Source of the DNA: Eutreptiella sp. 'Long Island Sound 2002'
Lineage: Eukaryota; Protista; Euglenida
Assembly (NCBI GenBank): GCA_964036045.1
Contig: OZ038378.1
Location: 28,334,001 to 28,398,000 of the forward strand
Direction: 5' to 3'
DNA length: 64,000 nucleotides
The notes beneath the pieces were generated by a model, which worked only from the letters and a program-made list of their open reading frames with translations, was not told the origin of the DNA and made no database searches. The translations under genes were made by a program, and so were the position numbers. Shown piece by piece: positions 12,525-23,544 of this stretch (position 1 is its first letter; each line of letters begins with the position of its first letter).

Positions 12525-12554
12525 CACTTTCTGAGTGTCTATTTTATTTTTTCG
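12525..12554 (+). other. Euglenid spliced-leader (SL) exon sequence embedded in genomic DNA
   Basis: CACTTTCTGAGTGTCTATTTTATTTTTTCG vs the Euglena SL as recalled, ACTTTCTGAGTGTCTATTTTTTTTCG. It is followed by ATTGAC rather than the GT expected in an SL RNA gene. Confidence 0.85.
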
Positions 12555-12841
12555 ATTGACCCTCAGAATTTTGTTGATGAATCCACCACTAGTCCAGGCT
12601 GTTTGGTGATTGGAGAAAATCCTGGGCTGTTCAAGTTCTGGGGCAATTTCCGTGGATTATTGAATATAATCTCTCCAACATCGAGCCACCGTCATTTCCT
12701 TGGTCAACCATTTGTGGTTTACATTGCCTACATCGCTATTTCCATCCCAAACCGCCTTTTTAATTCATCAACGCCTTTGGACAACAAGCGCCAACTATTC
12801 AAAATGTCGTTCTTTGGTATCGGATCAAAAACCAAAACTCC

Positions 12842-14422
12842 GTGTATCCCGCTGCCGTCTCCCTTTCCAATCCCAAAGGGAATTGCTCATGGTGCGCCGA
12901 ACTCTGGTCTACGCCCAAAACTTCGTGGGAAAACAATTACGTTAAATTTGGAACTTACGAGACCGATACCCGCATGTTTGATTCCAAACTTTTTATAGCC
13001 CACTCCAAAGTTCGCCAATTTCTCTACAACAAGCACCCGTGTGATCGTGACCTACGAGGAACCGACTTCACCAACGCCTTCATCAACATATATATCAACA
13101 AGCAAACCCAACACTCATACCTATCTCCCGCTCATGACTTGTTCTTCCACAAAGACGAGTACCTCCCGAGAGTGGCGTTCTACCTTGCACCTCCAATAGA
13201 CAAGGCGGGGCTTCGGCCGACCTTAAAAATGTCCAAACACTACGTGGAGCTTTTGAAGACAAATCTTTCCTCTCCGAGCACTCCAATCCGTGGATGGTTT
13301 ATCACAACTAGCTTTGATACGGAAATCTCTTCAAAGGCGTTCCTTCCCATTATGAATGGCTCCCTTATCCAAATAAAAGACTACATATCCGAGATTTATG
13401 TGTTCAAGGAGACGAAGAATCAATTCTCCTTGGTACGAAACAACGCGCCCAACTTTGTGGAAACGAATGGTCAATCCCTTCCTACCGTTGCCCTATGGCT
13501 AGATAGCCGAAAATCTAAAACGGATGAAGTACAATTCTTTGATGTGAACCTTCACGAGCCCACCCTTGCTGAAGCCTTTCAACACGCTCGCATCCCTAAA
13601 CCGCCCGCCACCATCAACTCCAAAGTCCGAATAGATGTCTCCCTCAAAATGTTACGTTCATTCTACGAAGAAGCCAAAATTCGGAACCAGAAAATCCAAG
13701 GGGATTTCATGCCTACGGACAGCCGGCTCATGCAAACGGGTTTCAACCGAGCCTTCGGAGGTTTAAGTGACATGATGAGCATCAACTCATCGAATGCTTT
13801 CTACCCGCGAGGTGGGATGCGAAATTTTGCCTCTCCTCTTGAAGGTTTTGTTACATATGATTGGGACTTATCGCCGCCCTTTGACATCTACTTGCGCAAC
13901 GCGGTGGTCAACTCTCCGGCTTTCGCCAATGGAGACATATTCATCATGCGAATTGAGGATCTCCATAACACGAGAACTTTCCAGGTAGTCCCCTCTCGAG
14001 ATTGCAAGTCACGCAACCCCGATGACAAGGCGGGTGATGTTTGGTCTATCACAAGGAGAAACTATGCGGCCCATCCAAGATATTGCATGTATGAAGGTGC
14101 GCTCATCAAAAATCAATCAAGCTTGTTGGTTACTTTAGACTCCTCGGTGGTGGCATGCGGGCTGCAAAAGACCCCGCTACAAACCTTTGCTACACGGATG
14201 TTTCGTGATGATGGTTTTTTGCTATTCAAAGGACCGGCGGGAACCATGGTCCCATTATGCAATGAAAAGCCGCAAGCATTGAACCTTACCTCGTCGGCCG
14301 TGCCTCAAGATAAATGGCCTCTCCCCAAAGACTCCGTGCGCACACCTAGTGATCCGTGCCTTGTTGAAGTGGCCGCCCCTACGACCGAGACCGAGAAGGT
14401 TAGAACAGGCTTTCACTGTTGA
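12842..14422 (+). CDS. Intronless 526-codon ORF, unknown protein; likely SL-headed retrocopy (possibly pseudogenised at its 5' end)
   Basis: Long, non-repetitive, stop-free ORF with lower GC than its flanks. The same frame is open from 12764 and, past one TAA at 12761, back to 12593. Six N-x-S/T sequons; no recognised domain. Confidence 0.7.
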   Translation: MYPAAVSLSNPKGNCSWCAELWSTPKTSWENNYVKFGTYETDTRMFDSKLFIAHSKVRQFLYNKHPCDRDLRGTDFTNAFINIYINKQTQHSYLSPAHDLFFHKDEYLPRVAFYLAPPIDKAGLRPTLKMSKHYVELLKTNLSSPSTPIRGWFITTSFDTEISSKAFLPIMNGSLIQIKDYISEIYVFKETKNQFSLVRNNAPNFVETNGQSLPTVALWLDSRKSKTDEVQFFDVNLHEPTLAEAFQHARIPKPPATINSKVRIDVSLKMLRSFYEEAKIRNQKIQGDFMPTDSRLMQTGFNRAFGGLSDMMSINSSNAFYPRGGMRNFASPLEGFVTYDWDLSPPFDIYLRNAVVNSPAFANGDIFIMRIEDLHNTRTFQVVPSRDCKSRNPDDKAGDVWSITRRNYAAHPRYCMYEGALIKNQSSLLVTLDSSVVACGLQKTPLQTFATRMFRDDGFLLFKGPAGTMVPLCNEKPQALNLTSSAVPQDKWPLPKDSVRTPSDPCLVEVAAPTTETEKVRTGFHC

Positions 14423-14820
14423 TTGCTTTGATGATATTGTTTTGTTGATGCCCCTGCTTGCTCCTGCTGCTTCTTGATGTAGTTCAGGTTTTCCAAACAA
14501 ATAAGTTTTGATGAAATCAACCCAAATAAGTACCCACAGTTGCAAGGCAAAGGACCACAGGATCAAATCCACAACATGAAGGGCTGCAGTCAAAGGAGAT
14601 AGTGTAGCAACAAAGCAAACTCACAATAACTACATATTTATGAAAAGATAGTTAGAAAATATCCTACAAACATGGAAAAACTGCCCACATGGGCATCCTC
14701 TCTTTTATAGTGCAATCTAGAGATGTGCACTCTTTGTTTTGGGTCCCATAGGTGCTGAGGTGGCATGGCTTGTGGCGCCGAGGTCACTGCCATCTCACAT
14801 GGGATCTTCCTACTTAGCTA

Positions 14821-14897
14821 GGCTGACTGGGAATTGAACCCAGGACCTCTCAAAAAGAGGTGCCACAGCCCCCTAGGCTGCAGACCACTAGGATAGG
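14821..14897 (-). pseudogene. tRNA-derived (His-like) fragment or SINE head
   Basis: Minus strand has TAGTGGT (A-box-like), a CTGTGGC loop (GTG) and a perfect T-arm CTGGG-TTCAATT-CCCAG, but no acceptor stem. Confidence 0.4.
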
Positions 14898-16183
14898 TAA
14901 GCATTCATGAGAAAACATAGAAAAATGTATAGGCTCTGGATCACTGTCAGCGCCTCAGTCAGTCCAGGAAATGGTGTATAAGTCCGATCAGTTGGGGGGT
15001 CAGGGGTCCACACAACATCCATTATTCAATGCTTGGTTTTATAGGTCAAAATGTCTTGTCACCCCTTTTTGGATAGGCTAATACCAAGATAAAAATGAGT
15101 TATGCCTTTAGGCCTCTTTATAACAACTAAAGCTAACCTTTTGGCAGGGAAATACACTTTTTTTTACTCCCCCCTTGTGCTGTGGTGGCCACCATTGTCG
15201 CATTTTAAAGGAAAAAGGGAATTTTTCTTGGCCTCCCCATGGCTTCAACATCTATTTAAAATTTCCTATAACATCCCTAACATTGGAAAGAAGGCGCTGC
15301 ATCACGGCAGTCGCCTGGTTTTGCTGAGTCGTAACAGACACCTACACCTCCCACTGCGCTCATTGGGGTCGCTGGGGCAGCTGTGGCTTGGTAGGTGGTT
15401 AGAATGGGCATCCCAATTCATGTGTGCACAACCCTCTCCCTCCAAATGGCAAAACGCAATGCAATACACAAAACCCAACGCAGGATGTGATCACAGCACG
15501 CTGTTTTCGGGGCTCAATGAACCTGCTCTAAGACCTGATCTGTCCTTAGTGCGTTGGAAATTAATTTACCCTCATGGGGGTTTGGGATTCAGTACAGTGG
15601 TCCAGGAGTCACTTTTTCGGCCTGAACACGGCCTACTCCACTGTTTGCGCTCCAGGATATCTGCAGAGAAAGGACGAAGGGTTGAGGGACTGACAAACAC
15701 GCAACGATCGACGCAAACACCCAAATCCGTCAAATGACGGCGTAGAAATTTTCTGACATCACACACCTGTCCGGAAACTCCATGTGCATTAAATGCACAT
15801 TTTTACGCAATTTTATTTCATCACAGGAATTTTTCAATTCCTGGATTTACACGCAGAGAAAAGCGGCGCGCCGGAGCGCATCCTAATTGGGCGCTGGAAA
15901 AGACAGAAATAATGAGATTATAACAGTATGTCACGTAATAATAAGAAAATGACGAGACACACAATTAATAATAAACGTAGAAATTCCAGCTTTGCTTCTA
16001 GGAGCAATCAAGAAGAAAGAATTCAAGAATTCAAAATCAAATGAAAGAACAAGGTATAAACATTTAGGTCTTGTTTGCTTTGTATGCAGCATGCACATTG
16101 CTTGTCTCGTGTTATCGTGAACTCGCCGTGTAGCAACGCAAACATAGAGTAGAGGGACAGATTAGAAGATTGTACGATGATTA

Positions 16184-18778
16184 GGACCCGTCTTTTTTTC
16201 AAAACCTGAAGCTGTAGCTTCAGAAGGCCAAGACCCCCCCCCCCCCCCTCCCGGTGAAGCTGCCCGACCAAATCTGCAAGTGGTTGCCTACCAGCTTTGC
16301 GTATTCCTTTACTAACCAGTGTTGCACATGAAAACGCCCTCCCTTTTGGAACCCACAAACAAAACACAAGCAATTGAAGCATTAATGGACACCAAAGTGT
16401 GACCTCATTGATCATTTGCGTCGGAGTCACCTCAACGACTGGAAACAACAGTAGACATCCAATGGAGTTATCTAAATGTCAACGACACCTGAATCACACC
16501 TGAACTGCTCAAGAAGCCACGGCGGCAGGTTATCCTCCGGTTCGACGGTGTCGCTCTCTGCCCCAAACCCCTTCCAGCGCACTTGATAATGCACCTTCCC
16601 GCGCCTTTTTACTGATTTGATGATCCTTTCAGGCTCATACATGGTCTCATCACCATTTTCTCTCTCATATGCATCTACCAAGTCCTGACAATGGCGCAAT
16701 GACTCTGCGGGCTCCTCTGTGTCATCCCCCTCCCCATACCCTTTCCACCGAACTACATAATGCACCACCCCATCCCGCATCGCTTTCCCAACAATGGCCT
16801 CTACCTCTGCCTCGTCCTCCCCTTCACTCTCTTCTTCCCCGCGGCGCTTGTGAGGGACAACCTTATCTACTCCCCGGTAGGCTTTGGCCCTTTTGGCCCT
16901 TTTGGGCGGGGGCTTTTGGGAGAGGTTGCGTTTGGACCGTCCATGCACCACTCGCATGTGTCGCTTCAAAGTGGCGTGTTTGAGGGTCTTCCAACATGGA
17001 CACAAAGGGCAGACAAACACACTTTCCCCTTTCGCAAGTGGGATACCCTCGGGGAGCTCGCGACATGCATCAATGGACTCCAAATATGTAGGGAAATGAC
17101 CCTCCAAACCCGCACTCCCCTCCACGGAGTCCAGAAACTTGGGAACCTTTGGCAAAGGGTCGGGGGTGACGTTGTTGATCAATCCTTTGCAATACCGCGT
17201 TTGAGCGAGCCACACGTTCCAATGCGCTCTTCAAAATCTCCATGTCAAAGACCGACCGGTGCTCCGATGCCATGTCAAAAATGTCGCAACAAGTCGTACA
17301 AAGGTCACGCACGATAGCTTGTGGAGGTGTAAGCATAGGGGCAGCATCATCAAGGGTGGAGGAGGACCCAACGTCAGTGCGAGCGGATGAGGACGCAACG
17401 GAGGCAAAATGGTGCTCTTCAACGTCACAAGTGCTGCTACTACTTGCAACATCCGATTCCGCGGAGTGCACTACTGCGTCCAACCGCCACCAAAGAGTCA
17501 AAATTCTTGCGAAGTTGAAGGGCCCCCGAAGCGAGCAAAGGTAAAGGCCGGGGTGGCTTGGTTACCTTGGTTCTCACGATGAACTTGTCCATATGTGGCA
17601 AAAGGCAAAAAGGCTGTCGGACCATGGATTTGTGTGGAAATGTGAAACAACTCATAGCGCAAGGCTCTCGGCACCTCTACAACCAAAACTAAAGCAGGGG
17701 CGTGCCTTCGTACAACAAATGAACAACGTTGGACCACATTAAAAGCCACTAGCGCACTTTGTTGACGTCGCCGTTTTGACATGCACTGCAAATCTAATTG
17801 TATCATCTGCTCACTAGTACACAGGAAAAAAACCACTCCTTGTGCGAGGCTCCTACGACCTCTACAAACAAAAGTGAAGCAAAGGCGCACCTTCCTACAA
17901 TCAATAAACACCGTTCGCGCGCAGTAGGGAGGCCCGGGTCGCACGGCTGACGTCGCCGATTTTAGATGCCATAGCAATGCAACGCAAATCGGAATCCAAC
18001 AAAAACACAAGGCAGAGTGGAAGGCTTCTACGAAGTCTACAACCAAAATCAAAGCAAGGCTGTGCATTCATATACGGAATCAACACCAGTGCACTTCAAA
18101 ACAAATCAAGACAAATCCTGCAACTTGAGACAATTGTGCATTGTGTGGCACTCACATGGTGAATGCTATTGCAGCTCAGAATTCAGCAAGGCATTTGAGG
18201 CAGAATCGTACAATTGTGGCACTCGCATGAGTCATGTTGCAGAGCATCCACCCATTCATACCTTAACAACGATGCGCCTACCTCAGTTGCCTCCTAGTCC
18301 ACTCATCTTCCACTCGGGCTCCTCCGGCTTCAAGGGACTTGTGATCCCCCATACACGTAGGCGTGGCAAAAGCCGAAGCAAATGCGCCCATTAACGTGTA
18401 CCAGTCCCCTCCCAAGTGCATTGATGCACCCAAGGGGGACAGCCGGTGTGGGCTGAGGCACCACACCAGGGTTTAGCCAGATCCTTAACTCCGGGCCTTC
18501 TATCATCCACCGGAGTCACCCTTGTTTCCGAATCGTGTCCTAATTGGCAATTGGATAGAACTAACACTATTAGCATCGTTGTTAAGGCCGTCGATGGGCT
18601 GGCCTGCTGTGAGCGCGCCGCCGAAGGCAGGGAGCGCGCCGCCACCACAGGCCCCAAATCCGCCAAATCAGGTCCAAATTTGGCATTGCACAAATTTCTC
18701 CAGCTGTGAAGCCGGCCCCAACCCCCCCCCCCCCCCCTCTGAAGCTACAGCTTCACGATTTGAAAAAAAGACGGGTCC
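16184..18778 (-). mobile_element. PIF/Harbinger-like TIR element carrying a chromodomain gene
   Basis: 41-bp TIRs GGACCCGTCTTTTTTTCAAAACCTGAAGCTGTAGCTTCAGA (16184-16224) and 18738-18778 with 2 mismatches; TTA duplication at 16181-16183 and 18779-18781. Confidence 0.88.
16472..17215 (-). CDS. C2H2 zinc finger plus two tandem chromodomains (C-terminal part; upstream exons likely within 17.2-18.4 kb)
   Basis: CPLCPCWKTLKHATLKRHMRVVH; EVEAIVGK...HYVVRWKGYGEGDDTEEPAESL; YEPERIIKS...HYQVRWKGFGAESDTVEPEDNL. Confidence 0.85.
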   Translation of the reverse strand: MWLAQTRYCKGLINNVTPDPLPKVPKFLDSVEGSAGLEGHFPTYLESIDACRELPEGIPLAKGESVFVCPLCPCWKTLKHATLKRHMRVVHGRSKRNLSQKPPPKRAKRAKAYRGVDKVVPHKRRGEEESEGEDEAEVEAIVGKAMRDGVVHYVVRWKGYGEGDDTEEPAESLRHCQDLVDAYERENGDETMYEPERIIKSVKRRGKVHYQVRWKGFGAESDTVEPEDNLPPWLLEQFRCDSGVVDI

Positions 18779-19031
18779 TTAGAGGTGAGATTGGGTGATT
18801 AGAACATACACACGCGCGCATAAACGCTTGCATCGTTTGTGACTCGTTTCTTCTCTCCCTTGCTTCGCTCTCCAGTGGTAGGTAAGGTAAGTAAGCCCAG
18901 GAGGGGCCACCCCCTGGTGGAGTTCGTGCTTGTGGTATGGATTGTGGGAAAAAAGGATGATTAGAGTGGGAGATTGACGGCTTCGTGCATACGCGTGCAT
19001 GCATATGGTGCATTTAAGGGTAGGCCACGCG

Positions 19032-19752
19032 TGTTGCGCACGGTAAAACCCTTGTTTAGGTTACTCAGGGGCTCCACCCTACTTTCTTTAAGAGAACGGG
19101 TGGAGTTCCTTAAGCTTGCTTGCTTGCACTTTGGTTTGGGAACAGCGTATTATAGGGCAGTCTAAGAAGCGTATAATACGTGGAGGCTGTCTTGGTTCCT
19201 CAGTCTCAAACCCAAGCCATTTGCCTTTGCTTTACAGGTGGGCAGGTCAGCGTGAATAGGTGCGGTCCCATGCCGTGCTAAAGCATACGGCGCTGATCAC
19301 ACAATCAACAAACTGCGCCTCAGCCAGGAGTGGCGAGGGCAGTCCGACATCTTCGACATCCACGCTATGCACGCAACCTGAGCACTCCTTCCCTCCAAGC
19401 CCTGACAGGGAAACGCGTAGTGGCGTCCCTGTTAGGCCACAATCGCTTAGTAGCGCTGTGTTCTCTTGTTCTTTTCGCAGGTAGGCCACTAGGGCCTGTG
19501 ACACGCTCATCATCAACACCAAGTAGCGTGTGTGTGTAGGAGTGGCAAGCCAGGGTGAGGGCTTGGGCCTCAGAGCCCGCTCATCCTTCGATGGCTGGTG
19601 CCACTGTAGTGAGTGTAGGACCTGTAGTGTGTGTGTCATTGTCCCGCCTGTTTCCTGAAATTTTATCAGGGTTTTGGTGGGCAGTGGCAGTGGTAGTCTA
19701 GGTTTTGGCCACGTAGCAAACAGGCGTTTTCATGCCTCATAGCTTTTGGCCA
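19032..19752 (-). repeat. Putative 3' LTR of the Gypsy element
   Basis: TG at ~19032 to CA at ~19752, followed by cccctcccct (PPT-like on the minus strand). There is no partner LTR to confirm it. Confidence 0.3.
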
Positions 19753-20054
19753 CCCCTCCCCTTGTAGTAGGCAGGCAGGTAGGAAAACCAAGACCTTGGC
19801 GTTATCGCTGGGTATTCCCCCAAGAAAGTCTGGTGCCAGCACAGAAAGTAGGCACCTAGGGGCGGAGAGACGCGGGGCGTACCCCGTGGCACCGGTAAGA
19901 CATCCGCCGGGTTCAGCAAGGGTGCAGACTTGGGTATAATTAGGACACCATTTCTGCAGCTTGCTCACAGGTCCCCAAGATCAGCACACTCACACACACA
20001 TAGGCAGGTATAGGAAGGGTTCCGTCCCTAGGTTTCTTCTGAGAGGCAAGCGTT

Positions 20055-22820
20055 TCAGCGAGCCTCAGCAACTCTCCTAGGTAGCAACTCTCCTAGGTTG
20101 TTCTGGGACAAGTAGTCAACCAGAACAGAATTCAGGCGTCCCTCTGGAAGCACGAAGGCAGAAAAGGATTCCCAGGTAGCCTCTTCAACTCCAAACCCTT
20201 CCCAGAGGGTGAAGAAACGCCACCCTTGGGGATAGCGGTGTCGAATGACCGACTTCACCAGGTAGAAGCCTTCCTTAGCCATCTCCTCGGCATTCATGCC
20301 GGGGAGTTCTCCTTCTACTTCCATTGGGCTGGCAGCGCCCTGTAGGTCCAGAGCGGCGATCTCCTCGCCGTGCAGTTCCCATTCTTCCCCACAGAGGTCC
20401 TCTGGGTCGTAGTAGCGCTTGAGCTGTTGAGCAGCGCACACCAGGGTCCCCCCTAGTTGGGGAGAACACCGCACGGTGATACGGTGACCATCCACAGATA
20501 GGATCTTGTAGGGCCCAAAGTAGGGGTCATCGCTGGTGCACCGTGGCCAGGCGGGTAGCCGACTGTGGCGCACCAGCACCCAGTCTCCCTCTTGGTAGGA
20601 GGCTGGCACCCTGTGCTTGTTCTTCTTGTTCCACTGGCGCTCCCTCACTCTCTGGAGCATAGCCTTGGCCTTGTCCACCTTGTCTTGTTGTTCCTTCACC
20701 CACTTACCCACAGTGGAGTAGGAATCCTCAGGATAGGGAGCGTGTAGGAACCACGCTGGGCGTCCCATGAACAGCTCATGGGGCGCATAGCCAGTTGCCG
20801 AACTCTCTTGGGAGTTCATCATCAAGGATATGACGGGGAGTAGTCTCACCCAGTCTTTGGTGCGCTCAGTCTTGCACCATATCCTTACGTTCTCTTTGAG
20901 AACACGAATCTGTCGCTCACATAGGGGGTTACTCGTATGAGTATAGGGAATCCCCGTTGACACCTGGACATTGAGGGACCTCAGGATTCTCTTGTACCAG
21001 CCAGTGTCGGAGGGTACTCGGACGCCCTTGTCTGGGTTGATCTCTTTGGGTGCCCCATAGACACAGAACCACTCCTCCAAGAGTATCTTGATGGTCTCCT
21101 CGCCGGTGATGTCTTTAGTACATGGGAACACCCTGGTAAACCTGGTCAACCCACAGGTTACCACTAGGGCAAAGTTATAGCCCCCGAACTTAGGCATCTC
21201 TGTGTAGTCCACGTAGAGAACACTGTTGGCACTGTGGGGGATAGGGAGAGTCAAATAGAGACCTTTGTCCCTGATATCCCCAGGTTTACAGGACCGACAC
21301 GGGCACTTGTCCACGATAGGCTGGAGGGTTTTCCGCACCTGGTCATCCGTCCACGTAGAGTCGAACCACTGCTTGAACAGCCTCAGGGTATGGTTGGCCC
21401 CCACATGACCAATGGACTCATGGGTCCACTTGAGGAGTGCCCGAATTCGGTCGCTAGGCACGACTATCCGGTCCTCATGCCAGAGGTAGGTCTTGTGCCG
21501 CTTCCACTTTTCCTGGTTGACCAGGACGGGTTCCAGACGCTTCTCCGGGCGTTTGTAGATATCCCCAAACTCCTTCAGGTACTCCACCTTTCGGAGTCCA
21601 TCTAGAGGTCTGATCATGGTCATGTTCAGGTCCAGGTGTACATCCATACGGTTGAACGCCTCCTTGGCTAGTTCCTCAGACCTGGCACCAATCATGTCGT
21701 CGAAGTTGTTGCGGTTGATGTAGTCCGCACACTCGTTCTTGACGCCCTGGATATGATGTACTGAGAGCCGTAGCTGGCTCAGGTAGGTCCACCAGCGTCT
21801 GAGCTTAGCCTTCTCAGGTGGGGGTCCCTTCTGGAAGGTGCGGACCGGTTCTTGGTCGCACAGCCAAACCACTGGGTTACTCCCCAACAGTCGGGACTGA
21901 GAGGACAGCACCAGCATACCCGCGAGCAGTTCCTGCTCGTAGGTAGAGTAGTTACCCCGGGCCTGGTTCCATTTCCAATTCCAATGACCCAGGGGAACCA
22001 GGACCCATTTGTCGTCAATGTAGCTGTGCTTGAGAGTACCGTCTCGGTTTAGTCCATGAGTACCCCATTGGGAAATAGCCGAGTCGAACTCCTCCTTCTC
22101 TAGTGCTTGCCACTGGAACAACGTTCCACCTCCGTCCACATTGCTGGCGTCAGTCACCAGGATAATCTCCCCTTGTGCTCTAGGCACGCCCAGGCACTTA
22201 GCGTTGGCCACTTTGTCCTTGAGCTCGTCAAACGCTTGTTGTTCTTGAGGGCCCCAGCGCCAAGTAGTACTCTTCTTGATCAAGTCCGTCAGAATGGCGC
22301 TAGTGTAGGTGAAATTCTTGATGTGGCGGCGGTAGAAGTTGCAAGCCCCAATGAAACTGCGTACATCATGGAGTCCTTTCTTGGGGTCTTCATGTCGTAC
22401 CTTAGCATCCATCAGGGGTTTGGCCTTAGAGGCCGCAGGGGTCCACCACCCATAGCCAATGTCGAACCCCAGGTACTGCATAGTCTCTTGCATGAACTCA
22501 CACTTCACCAACTTGAGTTTGGTGTGGTTCTCCTTGCAGACCGCAAAGAACTCGCCAAAGAGGATTAGGTGGTCCTCTTGGGTATTGGTTCCCAGGCCTA
22601 CATCGTCGATGTGTGCTTCCATCGGGGCGCCCCGGGATATGAGTTCTTGCACCACAGGTCTTCGACGTAGGATGGATAGGATCTTGTTCATCAGCTCTTG
22701 GAAAAGAGCGGGTGCGTTGGCCACGCCAAAGGGCATGACCTTCCACTTGAACACCCTCCCCTGAGGGGTGATGAAGGCTAGGAGTTCCTGGGCATTGGGC
22801 GTCCACTTGCCGGAATCCAC
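20055..22820 (-). pseudogene. pol: Gypsy pol: RT C-half, RNase H, integrase, chromodomain
   Basis: MPFGVANAPALFQ, AHIDD, YLG; LVTDAS...EQELLA...CDQ...ADY; H..GH...CPCRSC; YVDY...PDKG...CER; GPY; LVKSVIRHR...LWEGFGVEEATWE. Confidence 0.95.
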
Positions 22821-23517
22821 TTCGCTTGTCCATCTTCGTCTTGTAGCGGCAGGAGGCTATCTTCTGGAGGGTTGACTCCATATTAGGAATGGACCCTAGG
22901 TGGTTCAACATCTTCTTGTTCAGCTCTCCATAGTCCACTACCAGCCGTTTGGCTGTAGACCCAGGCTTAGCCACCAGGAAACAAGGGCTGCAGTGTTGGG
23001 GGTAGTCCCCATCCTTGTACTCCGGGACCAGGCCAGCGTCGATACATTCTTGTATCCGTCGCTCTATCTCATCAGCCTGCTCTTTAGGTGCCGGATAGGG
23101 CCTCCTTCTCATCTTGTGACCCACGAACTCGGGCTTCAGCTTGAGGTCCATCTGTACCAGCTTGTCACAGGATGCTTGAGCGGCTAGTTCTCGGAATACT
23201 TCCAGGTAGGTCCTGATCAGCTTCTGTACTCTAGGGTCCAAGGGTTTGATCTTGTCCTCCATGTCCTCGTCAGAGTGTAGATTGCTTGCCCCGTGGTGTA
23301 TAGAAGCAGGGAGGTGATCCTCAACCGGCTCAGCGTCCTTGGTCGTATCCTTCAGTCCTTGATAGGCGTAGAGAAGGTCTCGTTCCACAGTCTCAGGTGG
23401 TCGGTGACAACATAGGCACACTCGAGGGGGTTCGCATACGCATTCCTCTGAGAGTTCATCCTCCTCTGGGGTCCTCACATGGGCACCCCATACGCTCTTC
23501 ATGAGCTTCAGGTCCAC
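22800..23517 (-). pseudogene. pol: Gypsy pol: RT N-half
   Basis: RRPYPAP...SPCFLVAKPG...RLVVDYGELN...KMDKRSGFRQV; frameshift near 22810. Confidence 0.9.
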
Positions 23518-23544
23518 CTCTCGCTGCCAGGTGGTAATCCTCTG

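Noticed and set aside
12525-12660. SL RNA gene
   Set aside because: No GT donor after the exon, and no tandem SL/5S repeat context
14255-14593. Minus-strand ORF with WVDFIKTY and QEAAGASRG resembling RT motifs
   Set aside because: The motifs are in the reverse of the expected order and the ORF overlaps the long plus-strand ORF
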